Assembly: GCF_964355755.1 (NCBI RefSeq) | Contig: NC_092672.1 | Coordinates: 1,922,001 to 1,986,000 of the forward strand | Length of the DNA: 64,000 nucleotides | Reading direction: 5' to 3' | From: Antedon mediterranea | Taxonomy: Eukaryota > Animalia > Echinodermata | In this document: piece by piece, positions 27,331 through 41,316 of the stretch | Layout of the letters: every line of letters starts with the position of its first letter | How positions within the stretch are numbered: the stretch's first letter is position 1 | Notes under the pieces: generated by a model | Seen by the model: only the letters and a program-made list of their open reading frames with translations | What the model was told of the DNA's origin: nothing | Database searches by the model: none | Position numbers and translations under genes: made by a program

Positions 27331-27446
27331 AACTCTGTCTTATCAAATTAGTTTGACAAAAACAAAAAACGTGATGTGCCGAAATATGGTAGTGATATGA
27401 CATCATCATGTCCATATATGGGCACTTTTTTTGGTCACATTAAGTT
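27331..27446. mobile_element. MITE family A, degenerate copy
   Basis: aactctgtcttatcaaattagtttgacaaaa...aaatatggtagtgatatgacatcatcatgtccatatatgggcac. Confidence 0.8.
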
Positions 27447-29930
27447 TCTTTACAATTGATGAAAAAGAAAACAAACTCAAAATGCTTTCTCACCTCTCAC
27501 TGTTCTATTTGACGAAAATAGATTGTGATAGTAATACTATGTATACAACATATATATTTGCACTTGTTCTTTGACGTTTAACTATTCAAATATTGTGATT
27601 TGTTTTAGGACATTATTTGGCGAGCTCGTCAAGGTTATATTGGGTGATCTACGATATGGCTAAGTTAATATATAATTCCTAGTCTCCGAGGTAGAAAAAC
27701 GAGCTGCGTGGACGGTGTCGTGTTACATACAGATTTGCGATCTCATTTTAATATTCAATATATTTGTCACCAGACTTTAACCGTTACTTTTCTCTGCATT
27801 TTGTGAACATTCTATCATTTAAAACTTTTACATTTCATCAAATATTCATTCTTCTATTTTTTTCCGCATGAAAAATGGATGTTTGACGAGAAAATAAATG
27901 ACTTGACATTCATATTTATTAAGATAGTTTACATAGTGACACAGGCAACAGTATTTACCAAAGAAAGAAGGGCAGTGACAACAAATACAATGTTATACGT
28001 CCTCGTGGAAGAACACCTTTCTGGCGAACAAGTTTTTTCCGTAGCAAAAATAAAGATTTTATTAATAATTATTACTATATACAGTGCAATAGGCCTAATG
28101 ATATTCTACTTCCACTTGTCTGCACATCAACTACAATACAACATATTACATTTTGACACACCTTATAAATTAATTGGATCATTTAATTAGTCAAAAAGGC
28201 ACAATACAAGTTTGATAAGACTTTGGATCAACTTGTGTCAATGCCCTTGTTTTAATTTCCTATATTGATGCTCTACTAAACCAGAATCATTAAAAATTAC
28301 AAATTAATTGAATTTGATTTTGATTGAGTATAGTCTAGGACATCAAACCCAACAGCATGGCTAGATCCATTGTAGTGGTTTACAGTCTAATTACAATAAA
28401 ATGAATCGCTTCTATAGATTTGAAATGAGAATGCATTAAACAATGTGTGTTTCTCAAAGTACTGTAGCACCATCACTTAGATTGTCTGTGATTTGTTAGC
28501 CCCGAAACAATTAATTCCATGCAAGTAGAGTATGTTGTAAACAATTATAATATATTTGCATTTTATGCATGAATAAAGGACCAGTTATTATGATAATAAT
28601 AATAAACAATCTGCTTTGATGTACAACAATTACTGAGCCAACTTTGTGGCTTTTACTTTTGTTCTGTTGAGCCTCCATTTCTACAAACCTGATAAACAAG
28701 CTATGTACACCTATAAAAACCACATAGAAACCTCAATCTTCCATTAGTGAATCTCAATTAGACCATAGATTAAGGAAGGCTTTCCTTAGGGAAGACTATG
28801 GGAGACTCCCAGAAATCACTTCAGTTTAATGTAGAGTTGTGGAGTTTTCCCCAAAAAAAATTTAAAATGACCTCATCGTGTTCGACAATCAATAGGTGAT
28901 TTTCATTCACAAATATGGGATTCAGATTTTCTAAAAAGGAATTTACTTAAATTTGGGTTCCAGAGTAAAAGTAATACTAGTGGAAAATAATGAGAAAATC
29001 TATCTAAGATATCTTTGGCAGATTGTACATTAATATTCTCTTCTCTTTGTACATAACCTGGGTACACGTAGGCCTCGTCAAAAACTCAGTTAACGAAAAA
29101 AGTGAAGATTAATATTCTCGACAACACCCGCAGTGTTTTTCAGAATCGCTGATCAGCGACATAAATATTTCTTAATCAAGAAAAGAGAGTGTTCCATTTC
29201 CAAAAATGAGTTGAACACAAATGATCCTGATACTTGTTAGTACCTCATTTACATGTTTTATACTAAACTACAATAAGTTCATTGTTTGTGGAGGGAAGTA
29301 ACCCAAGCGTCCAGGAAGTTTTTGAATAAAACTAGTATACAAGATAATAAAAGGCAACAGGAACCCTTATTTAGAACAGACACATAAGTAAACAGTTCAC
29401 TCGACAATTGAGTTAATTAGCAAAACATTGAGTTCCTTTTTAGTGTGTATTTCTCACAATTGTCTAGCAGTTATCATAAACATCGCACTCACAGAAAGAT
29501 GAGTATAATAGGAATTCAACAAGTGAATACATTGTTCAGATTTGTATCAAACAAGGAAGAAGAAAAACTATAAGCAATGTTTTATGGGGTCATACAAAAA
29601 CTTTCATTTAAATCATAGAGATATATATAGGCCTATAGAGAAATATATAATATCTCTATGTTCAAATTCAATATAAAGATTAATGCCTGTAGACCTTTTT
29701 TTTTAATTAAAAAAAAACACTATTTTATAAAAATTCTATAATTAAATAAATCTGGCTGCTTCTTCAAGACTTAACTTCTATTATATTGGCTTTTGAAATA
29801 TTATTTTCACAAACCAACAAGAAAAAGTCTTGTTCACAGCCTACTGCTTTTTTTAATGGTTTCTTGTGTAAATATCGTAAAATATCTTACTCCAATCCAA
29901 ACACTTATAGAGTTTCTTTTATGCAAGTTT

Positions 29931-29989
29931 GAAAGTGTAAGTAAGTTGCAAGGTTAGAAAGTGTAAGTAAGTTGCAAGGTTAGAAAGTG
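29931..29989. repeat. Tandem duplication, about 2.3 x 26 bp
   Basis: (gaaagtgtaagtaagttgcaaggtta)2 plus gaaagtg. Confidence 0.9.
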
Positions 29990-30315
29990 CGATTTCTATA
30001 TTTGTTTTTAAATTTAACATTTTAACCTTTATGAATTAATATAATTATTATTCATGAAGAGCACATGCAGGTAGGATGTATTATGACTGGAGTTACTGTA
30101 TACTTGATTGTTTACTCACTAAAGTAATAAACCAAACCACTGAAACTAAAGGTAAGAAGAGACACAATGAAAATGAAACTGGTTTGAGAAGGAAGTAACG
30201 TCTTGTTAAACTATTGTCTGAAATTCTTGTAATAAAGATGTGTAAATATTGGTTTCAATCATTACTTTTGCTAGAATGAAAGTACCTGCGTACAGAACAT
30301 AGACAACTCTGTATA

Positions 30316-30590
30316 TACAGAGCTACCAACCATATAGAACTCAACTTTTTACTGCATACCTACCATACAGAACTCAACTTTTTACTGCTTACAGAGCTAC
30401 CATATAGAACTCAACTTTTTACTGCTTACAGAGCTACCATACAGAACTCAACTTTTTACTGCGTACAGTGCTACCATACAGAACTCAACTATTTACTGCT
30501 TACAGAGCTACCATATAGAACTCAAATATTTACTGCTTACAGAGCTACCATAAAGATTTCAACTTTTTACTGCCTACAAAGCTACCATAC
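30316..30590. repeat. Minisatellite, about 7 x 37 bp
   Basis: Unit tacagagctaccatatagaactcaactttttactgct; unit anchors at 30392, 30429, 30466, 30503 and 30540. Confidence 0.95.
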
Positions 30591-32093
30591 TTTTTCCATT
30601 TTACATCAATGTTTGACCTGTCTAGGTTTAGTTTATTTATACAGCAGGATTTTTCTGGCATAAAATAATGACCCTTGATGACCTTAGGTCACTCATTAGG
30701 ATGTCATTAAACCATATCACAACTTCCACTTGTAACTGTAGTACCTGCATAATATTTACATTGTATGAAATTTTAAAACCTTAATAAACTTTCGCATGAA
30801 ATCAAATTATTACTATTATATTATAATCTTTTATAAACCAATATATTATTATTACAAGTTAAATTTATATTCTATGAAAAGAAGCAACATGTAAAAAACA
30901 ATATATAGATATCATTTTCATTTATGCTATCCTATGTTTCAGTTATAAATCAATAATTTAGAATTTAATAATTTCAAAATATTTTTTAAATGTGCAGTGG
31001 ACTTGTTATAAATTCTAAACCATAGCAGTTTTTTGTTTTTAACCTAGTAGTATAATTGCTAAGGAATTAACTAAATTTACAGGCATCGAAGAAATTCTAA
31101 AACATATGGAACTAAATATATTAAAGTGGACTACAAACTTACAGTTGTCATAAAAAATGGATAAATCAAAACCTTTTTGTTTTCATGCCATTCCACTTGA
31201 CTGTACGCCTATTGAAAGAATTTTGCGCAAACTCAGGAATATATGAGCAGAATGACTGTTAGACTCAATAGCTCTATAGTCAGTCACATCAATTAAACGA
31301 AAGGTCACTCTGCTAACAAGTTTAAAACGAACCTATTGAACTTGGTATAACACAAATGTATATTAGCTAGCATATCTTTGCCTGAGAACTATCATGAATT
31401 CAAATGTTATATGATTAGTCATCATATTGAGAGAATTAAATGGTGTAATTTATACAATTTACGAGAATCACAGTAGGCAACATTTATATTAAAACTAACG
31501 CACACTTCAATTTATGTAATTATAACGATTGACATAGAAATTTCAAAATAAAATTTTAAATACAGACGTAATAAGATGTATATCTATGTGGCGCAATATT
31601 ATTAGGTCAAATATGCTGCTGGTAATTTTTACGTACTCCTTTCACTTTATAGTTTTTACTTAGAAACATGCAAAAATGCAGATAAATTATGAATGATCAT
31701 TAAAGAATAGATCTAATTTATATTTCCATTACACAAATTTTTCAATTTCTACAAACGTTCGATATAAACATGAATCGGTCCTGATTACACTAAATATTTT
31801 TCATACACCATTGTTCTGTTTGTGCCAACAGCTATACATGATAATCATAAACAAAATAATATTAATGCATTTTGAAAACCGAATGTGCTTTGAGAGTCCA
31901 AAGTCGCTTACGGAATTATGGAAGATGAAGATTTGTGTCTAGGAAAAGCAAACACCAACCAAATTAATTGGCTAATCATTAAATGCAATTAATATATTAT
32001 TTCTGGAAAATGTAGAAGATAATATGATGATTTTAACCTTTGAACTCGCATTCAAAAAAACCTATCTATAGCAAGGTAGCTAGTACCAAGTAG

Positions 32094-32622
32094 AATTAAA
32101 ATCTTAATTTATTAAAGCTCAGGATGAGAAAAATGGTAACTTTACTCAAGGTCATCAATGACTTTTGTTCGCACTAGGATAATTCCACGTAATTTTAAAC
32201 AATTAAAATCTTAATTTGTTAAAGCTCAGGATGAGAAAAATGGTAACTTTACTCAAGGTCATCAATGACTTTTGTTCGCACTAGGATAATTCCACGCAAT
32301 TTTAAACAATTAAAATTTTAATTTATTAAAGCTCAGGATGAGAAAAATGGCAACTTTACTCAAGGTCATCAATGACTTTTGTTCGCACTAGGATAATTCC
32401 ACGTAATTTTAAACAATTAAAATCTTAATTTGTTAAAGCTCAGGATGAGAAAAATGGTAACTTTACTCAAGGTCATCAATGACTTTTGTTCGCACTAGGA
32501 TAATTCCACGTAATTTTAAACAATTAAAATCTTAATTTATTAAAGCCCAGGATGAGAAAAATGGTAACTTTACTCAAGGTCATCAATGACTTTTGTTCGC
32601 ACTAGGATAATTCCACGCAATT
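32094..32622. repeat. Tandem repeat, 5 x 107 bp
   Basis: gc(t/c)caggatgag at 32117, 32224, 32331, 32438 and 32545; near-identical units. Confidence 0.97.
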
Positions 32623-34505
32623 ACAGTTTAGTATGGTTTTACCAAATTTTATCTGCAATGTTAAAACTATGTTTTTATTGAAGTTAGTGAAGAATTTTTA
32701 GCCAGCACAATTAGTTTATGGTAGCTTCTAGTCAGTGGTCGTTAAAATTAGATGGAATTGTAGCCATTGACCGGATTTGATTTTGCTTGGTCAACTTAGC
32801 GAACGACTAATTTTTAGGGTATAATTAAGCATAAATAAAAATAAAATCTATCAATAAGTCTAAGTTCATTCATGGGTCAGTTATATAAATTAATTTGAAA
32901 ATTATATGTAGTACTTTTTATAAGATTTTAAAAGTGACAATCATATGTAATTTAGAAAAGGCAATACCAACTGTTGACAAACTAAATCCTAAATTGATGG
33001 TACACATATATCATTTCTTAGAAACATTTCAAACGACATAAAAAAAAAATCTAATAAATATACATTAAGACCTTTTACCAACGTGAATATATTAATGGTT
33101 ATATTTGTGTGAACAGCGATTTCCTTGAGTCAATTATATAAATTATATCTACTTATTTTATACAAGTGCATACTTTATTTTCTATAAATTACATTTTGAC
33201 AGATATTGACAACATTATTCGAATTAAATTATTTTCATAATAAAATATTCAGACTTTCCTTATATCCAATTTTCTTTCTATGGATTTTTAATTATAAGAA
33301 AAAAAATCAACCATATTAAAATTATTAAAGAAGAACAGATTACAACCTTCTATATCTACAACACTCTTGTTTTTCTGCATACTTTTTATCTATTTTTAAA
33401 TTTCATTTTTTAGTCTTTTGATGTTTTAATGTATATTTGTTGTAGGCCTATATGTAAATTTATAATTGCCAAAGAAAGTGAAATTACTAGTTTATGGACA
33501 AATAAATAATCTTGATAAAATAAATATTCATTTTTTTTTCAAATTAATTATTTAGTAATAGTAGTTAAATGTCATCTTCAAAAGTATTTCTTATTGTAGT
33601 ATTAATCTTATATGTACTTATTATGACTAATTAATATACCAACTTTGGTTTATAAATGTTGCGCAGTTTATTTTAATTATGGGGTATAGAAGAAGAATTA
33701 CTAAACAAACTTTAAAAACTCAATGGTAACAAAAAATGTAAAAGATCCAAATCTGTTATTGTTTCGCTTTAGAAGGCAAACACTCTGCTAGTTCTTTGAC
33801 AAAACTAGCATCATTAACTCTGCAATAAATCTACAATTTTTTTAGCATAATAAACTGGAAAACTAGCAACGTGGCATAAGCGTATACAAAGAGTTGAACA
33901 AAATATTGTTTATACAAGTGCATTGTGATGCAACTAGAATTCGACATAAATAAATATTATCTTTAGAAACATGTCAACTTTATTTCAAAAGAAACCATGC
34001 CACTCCATTAAACCAATCAATTGTTTAAATTTGTTTGGGGAAAACCGGTTGGGAAAGCTACAGATTTCATGCAACCCTCTTTTATATCGAAATTATTACG
34101 CTGGTTTGAATAATATGAAAACTACTAATTATTTTGAACCTAATCTTCAACTTCATGGATAAAGATATTTACACAAATAATGAAAGATTTAGAAAGTTCC
34201 ATATATATTGCTTTACAAAATGCAAGTAAAAGGAATGTTCTGGATATAATGTATGTTTTTTTTAATTGTATTTTTAATAGTTTAATAATTCTATGATAAA
34301 TGCTTTATATCTGTATATAACACTTTTAATGTATATCTGTATAGTATATGTATTTTTTTTTATATTTCTTGCCAGTTTCAAATGTATTTCCATTTTTTTT
34401 AAATTATTATGGACAATAAAATAGTATCAGTATGTTTCTTAAAAAACTCATGATTTTGTTGAGTATACAGTAATAATGATTCCAATGATCTTGCTATAGC
34501 ATATA

Positions 34506-34647
34506 CAGGGCCATTAGCCACAAATACTCGGTAAGGTTTCAACCTGACAACTTTCTCAGAGGTCTTTGACAATCCAGTAACTTAAAAGTGATTGCTTCCT
34601 TTTCTTGCGAAAACTGTACCACTTTATTTCCTATGTCTAAATCACTG
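34506..34647. mobile_element. Family E, copy 2 (diverged)
   Basis: cagggccattagcca...ggtaaggtttcaacctgac...gaggtctttgacaatccagt...atcactg. Confidence 0.72.
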
Positions 34648-36990
34648 ATATAAGTTTAAAGATGAATTTATAAGATCTAATCATGGAGAAATATCATGAT
34701 CTAATATACAGTTAACAATGGACGTAGGAAGTTTGATGATCGCTACTGAAAACATAAAAAGATTCGCAACTTCCATCATAAGACAATTAACTGGTGCATA
34801 AAATAATGATTTTCCTGGAAATTTACCAAACTCATTTATAAGACTACCTTTGATCTACCAGCCATAAATAATCATTTTTTGAATAGCATCAACAGTTATC
34901 GCTTCAATTTTGATGATTTCTTATCATGCTTTCAGTTTTCTATTTGTTTCATTTCCTTGACTACAAGTTATGGAAAGTACAGCTGCATTACAACGCTACT
35001 TCCAAATAATTACTACGTTAAAAAAAGGTGATATCGGTTGATGAATGTAGTTTGGCTAGTTGGCTTCTGGAATGTGAAATTGATGATACTATGAAATGGT
35101 GCATACTTTTAGAAAATTCGTTTTTATTATCATACTAATTTAAAATATGAATGATCTTTCATTACTATACTGTAAGAAAGAGAGTTTTTGTTTGTTTGTT
35201 CGTAAAATGTTTCCTACTGCATCAATCCATACACATGGAACTTTAAGAAGACCAAATTTAAGAGAAATAATTAAATATTTAATATTTAAGTGATAGTGAG
35301 TAATTTAAATATTTAATGAGAAACATTTAAATAAATCTGTTTGAGTAAAGGCAGTAAGTTAGTAAATTCCTCAATATTTTTAATATATAACTTTGAAGTA
35401 ATGTTTATAACTAAATTACTCAAACAAATAGAAGATATTCTTTAACAAATTAATTGAAGTTGTTCGGTTCATTAAGTGCATCAAATCTATTTTGAATGAT
35501 TTAAGCAAAACCGAACAAAATTTAATCCAGCCTCTTAGTCAAATTGCATTATAATTACGCCTTTACACTATTCACTAACTGTTTATTGTATTTCAATCAA
35601 GCCAATCTAACACTAATAGACTATTGGACCACATACTTTAGATAGTCACAGGGGACTAGAGAATCTTTACTATAGGAATTGTCCCTATCAAGCTTATACT
35701 TATCTCTAAACGCTTATAAACGCCACGGTATTAAAACACTTATCAAATCACTAAAGCCAATTTCTTCATAATGGCTAAAATTATCTTTGAAACCTTTTTA
35801 GATCGCAGACTGGTTGTCTGCTATGTTAACATTGCAACTCTCCAGGAATATTTGCAATTGGGCGTTCGATATTAACTAGACTGGTCAGGAGTGTCAGATG
35901 TCTTGAGAAGCGCACACGCCACCGAAGGCTCATTGATTCTTTTCTCTCGTTGCGCTACATTATTGTTTTCTTTACAATACATTTCCATTTTGTAGCTTTT
36001 TTTTTTACTTCACAAAACATTACAGTGAAGCACCTGCATGTTACCACCTGACTTCGCAACTAATGATGTCATTATTGAACAACTCTAAGTACCTTTGACC
36101 TTTCCGAATTGTTCCAACTTCCAGCATAAGAAATAAGTTATACAAGATTTAATTGACAGGTCAAATCTTTAGTTATTTTATACATTATTTAATATTTACA
36201 AATAACAGAACAGCAAATTTCCTGAAGCCTATTGTCTTGATTGAACAATTTTAGTATAGAACAATTATTTTACTGCGGTTACTGCAGTAACTATATTTCG
36301 TTCACTCTTTAAACCTGTTTACATTTAGCAAGCCCTTTTTGGAATATTGCCTATAGGCTTGGAAAGCAAGCAAACAACGACTTACTTTTAGAACTGTACT
36401 GTATTCACACCATACAAAGTACTAGAAATATTATTTTATAAAATCTAACAGACAAACAAAAGAACAATAGTCACGAAGAAGAAGATAACAAGTTGAAGAT
36501 AAACAGATTTAATAGCATTACTGATACAATATACATATTAATATTTACATGGACAACTATTAACAGATTTCAATGAGATTGTATCTACTAAAATTGGAAA
36601 ATAAGTCCAGAGATTAAGGCAGGTATAAAGTGTTGGCTTTGTTTTCTCGTTATTAAGTTGTGTGAGTGACGCCAAACTGATGTTGTTTTAATTAAACAAA
36701 TCCTACGATAACATAACATTTATACCTACATACGTTTTTGTGTTGTAAATCCGAACGTGATTACAAGACCGTAATTAAATGACATTAACCCTTTAGTTTA
36801 TCAAATGATATTATTAATATTTTTTGTCCCCAGCTGTTGTAAGTTAAGTCTGTAGGTGGATAGACTGAAGGTTTCATAAAATGTCAACAAACTTGAAACA
36901 AGGCCACAAGACATTGTATTTCACTCACAAGACAAGATTACGCTTATAAACAAAAACAAGAGACTGTAGATGTGGCAATTGCACTTTTTA

Positions 36991-37137
36991 AGCTCTGTCC
37001 ACACTATGTAACAAAAAAATGTGACATACCCATATATGGTCAAAATGACATATCACTACCATGTTTGAGCATATCACTACCATATTTGGGCACATCACAC
37101 TTTTTTTGACAAACTAGTTGATAGTGCAGACAGAGCT
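36991..37137. mobile_element. MITE family A, complete copy
   Basis: AGCTCTGTCCACACTAT...ATAGTGCAGACAGAGCT with TTA on both flanks. Confidence 0.88.
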
Positions 37138-39113
37138 TTAGACTAAAAATAATTTGCTACAAAAATGCATTGAAATTGAATAATAACCATTTGGTAAGAT
37201 GGGGATGTCAACAGACATGAACATTTCTGATTCTAAGATTTTCCTCTTTTTGGAGAAGGGCTATTGTTGGTTTATCCAGGTACGCTAGGCACAAAATAGA
37301 CCTTTGACACCAGATGTTACCTCCATAACACGTCAACCTAATCTTAAGTGTTTCTATCTTTTTCTCTTATTCTTTCCATGAACATAACAGATCTATGGCA
37401 CCAATAGTAATAATAGTATGTATGTGATACTATATCATATGTCAACATTGTGTTTGCTCTACCTAGCCTTCTCTTACCAGACACCAATCAACGCCCCTTC
37501 CTCCCCCCTAATCAGGGATCATATTATATCTATGAAAAAAAATCTGATCAAAAATCAAAATTACATCAAACCTGGAGCCCATCGCAGGTCAGGAAAAATA
37601 AATTGATATTACATCAAAAATTAAATTAATGAAAATCAAATTGTTTATTGTTTATTAAAAATATAGGAATATTTTTAGATTTTGTTTTGTTATTAATGTG
37701 ATTAATCAATTATTTGTTCATAACCTTTAATGGTTACCTCAATGAAATAAGGATGTCCATCCTAATCTGACCAATCAAATCACTTCTTTCTCGAACTACA
37801 GTAACTAACTAACAACCAAAGTAAGAGATACAGTAAACTATAAAGATAATAATATTATTATGATACGATTCTGTTTGTGTGTGTATAATTTTCACTTCGT
37901 CAAGCTACATTATTTTCACATCTTCACATTAATGATGTAATTGCAGGTCTGCTTTATATTTGCAAAACAGCTTTCTAATATTACTACGCAAACACACACC
38001 TTTTAATGGTGCAAAATTTAGGTTGAGACTCATTGAAAAAACATACTTATTAATTTGATTAAGTATATGTAGTATATGTGCTATAGTTAGCATAATAGCA
38101 GTATAGGCCTGTTTTATGTTCTGGGACTATATCTTACTATTGGAATCGCTATGTGTGGATTGTTATACAGTAGGCAGGTTTTTGCAATGCAGATTGGTTT
38201 TGTTTAACTTTAACAATATTTTAATAATAATATTTTTGAATGATTATTAAATAATGAATATCATTATAAGAAAGTACAGTAGTTGCTGTTTGCACACTTG
38301 GTGAACACAACGTTGGTGAACACGACGTCGGTGATCATTGTTCCAACTAGTTATAGTAAAAAAACCTTGGCCACGCACAGCGTGACGACAAAAGCGTAAC
38401 TCAAAGTGTCTGCCACAGCATCGTACTCCTGGCATAGACTTTGGACAGAGTGTAATTGGAAGCAGCGAATTGTAAAATAATCGTGCTCTGTAGATGCAGA
38501 AAAGGCCATGGAACAAGAAATTAACACCATATTGCCCTCACAGGGGTCCTAAACACAATATGCAAATCACGCAAACTCCAACATCAAACACGACAACTTT
38601 ATGCAAATCATTCTAAAAATGGCTGAATGTGGTTATGAACCATAAAACTTGACAAAAATTAAAAATTTCCAAGAAAATAAACAACTATATTTGTTCGCAA
38701 ATAATGCTTAAAATCGCTTAATAAATTTACATATTAAAACTTTGGTTGTTTTTAAATACTTTACACAAATTTGAACCTTTCCGAAAAATAAAAAGATTGT
38801 TTGCGGCTGATCAATGGGTGTAGCAAAATGCCAACTCATAGTCAATTCAATGATGCATTATTAACTGTATAATAATACTATTATAATTATAACCTTCAAG
38901 GATGTATGGTTTTAAATACATAGCCAGGCCTGTACATTTAATATGCAAACATAATGTGTCAATATATTATAATTAGCAACCGCATGAATAGCACATGAGT
39001 ATGTTGTTCTTGCTTGTGTCACATACTCGCATTCCCTTTATAGTCTTCGCAACTTTTCTGCAACTTGTTTAAAATTGGTGCAATGCACTTAAGAACCGAG
39101 TAAGAACATCTAA

Positions 39114-39239
39114 AGCTCTGTTTACACTATCAAACTTTATGTTACAAACAAATATGATGTGCCCATATATGGACATGATGATGTCATATCCCTAGCAACA
39201 TTTGGGCATATCACACTTTTTTGTCAAACTAGTTTGATA
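39114..39239. mobile_element. MITE family A, right TIR truncated
   Basis: taa|AGCTCTGTTTACACTATCAAACT...tttgtcaaactagtttgata. Confidence 0.82.
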
Positions 39240-40230
39240 CAGTAGATGTAAATCAGTCATTTTAGACAATTAATTTGTTAATAATTTATTGTATACAGGT
39301 GTATTACAGGTCCTAGGCAATGGGTACTATTACACTAAGTAGAAGTGGAAATATTTAGAAGGGAGATCGGGGTGTTTACTCCATACATAGTGTTGGGGTA
39401 GTTTAAGTTATAACTCTAACCTAATTTCAAATCTCTTTTTATTTAGATTAGTGTTCTGCATTCTGTTGCTAGTTGGTTACTACTAAAACAGCTGAAGATT
39501 TCTTTACTAAAATTAACATAGTCGTCAGAGAATGCTTTTGACTGAAAATTGTTGCTAGATATAAGCAGATTCACACGGTAGAACAACCTTCAGGACACGT
39601 CTATAGACGATGTTTTTGTGTTTAATTCTCCGACCTGTTAGTAGAATTGGAAACACCCAAAATCAAGTGATTCCCATAGTCTAACTCCTTTCAGGCATTC
39701 AACCTTGTAAAACAAAATGTAAAGACGTGTCCAATCAAGCGATTCATGACGTCAAACCAACCATTTCTGTGCGAGTGTCACAGTAGGGCACATTTATTTA
39801 AAGCGCTGGTGCATTCAAGTCTGGAGATAGTAAATAGAATCAAGCAAGACACTCCCAAGCTTAAATTGTTATAGAACAAATATATATTGCAAAGAACGTA
39901 TTGTGCTATTATTATTGTAATAAACACAGGAAAAATGTGAATATCAACTTAAAACAGCTAATTGCTGACATTATATTAAAATATATAACTTCTACCTTAT
40001 TAAGCAATTCTATAATTTTTTTTACATAATATTTTTTGCCATTGTTGTGAAGAGACAATTCTATATTTTCAGGATTTTATTCTAGATATAGTGAAATAAA
40101 ATTAAATAGATTAAAAAAAGAAAGGAATACATTTGCTATGGAATTATCTGGAAGAAACCAAAATTGATGAACAATTTATCCAATAAAGAATTAAAAAGCT
40201 AAAAAGAAATGATGAGTGACAGACTAGTCG

Positions 40231-40294
40231 TCTATTTGTCAGGCTATCTATTTGTCAGGCTATCTATTTGTCAGGCTATCTATTTGTCAGGCTA
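40231..40294. repeat. Tandem repeat, 4 x 16 bp
   Basis: (tctatttgtcaggcta)4. Confidence 0.95.
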
Positions 40295-40764
40295 TATACA
40301 GTTAATTAAACTCACATTATCAGGATTTACTTTTCAAAGCTTTAAATGTTGCAAGAAATAATTGTTGCATGTTGAATTCAAGAGGAAGGCGCCACTGTGG
40401 ATTTGCCGTTGATGTGTCGTTGCATAAAGAATTCACGACAGTTATACAGGTCTATGTGTGCTTAAAGACTTGTAGAAAAAACTAAAATGACGATGAGAAT
40501 CGTACATGCTTATTTTAGAAATTTAAGATGCTATAAGAAAGCAGTATATTATGTTCTTAGCTATTCTTCCTGAATAATAATTCATGAAGAATATAAAAAG
40601 ACTTGAAAATATGAAATTTACCACACGCAGTTTTAATGTACGATGCATTGGTACTGTAGTGTGTTCTAATCAAAGATAAGATGATAACGATGATGATTAA
40701 GATGACAACAATGAAGATGATGCCAATGATAATGCTATTTAATTATTAATAACTCAGTCTTTTA

Positions 40765-40888
40765 AGCTCTGTCTACACTATGATACATATTGACAAAAAA
40801 ATGTGATGTTCACATGTATGGATATGATGATGTCATATCACTACCATATTTTGGCACATCACACAAGTTTGATAGTGTAGACAGGGTT
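40765..40888. mobile_element. MITE family A, internally deleted copy with both TIRs
   Basis: tta|AGCTCTGTCTACACTAT...AGTTTGATAGTGTAGACAGGGTT. Confidence 0.85.
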
Positions 40889-41203
40889 TAAGAGTTTACC
40901 ACAACTGTCTTCTGAAATATGAAAATGATATTTCATTATTATTAATCAATAACTGATTTGTGGGTGTTTATTTATAACCAATTGAATTAATTTAATTTTG
41001 ACTTTAAAAATCTGGCAATCCTTTGATCCTGTCAAGACATCTCAATTACAGTCAAATGATAATTCTTGATGGTTGCTATGTATATATTACTGAATCTTTC
41101 ATAGATAATCTCCCTAGACTAATGTGTGTTTGTAGAAGGTAGACATCTACCATAACAAGAGAAGTCCATTGGGTAAAGCTCTTTGACTCAAATCATTTCC
41201 AAA

Positions 41204-41316
41204 AGCTCTGTCTACACTATAAAACTAGTTTGACAAAAGTGTGATTTACCTAAATATGGTAGTGATATGCTTAAATATGGTAGTGATATGTCCATAGTAG
41301 TAGCCTACTGTACATG
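41204..41316. mobile_element. MITE family A, left half
   Basis: AGCTCTGTCTACACTATAAAACTAGTTTGACAAAA followed by two aaatatggtagtgatatg units. Confidence 0.82.
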
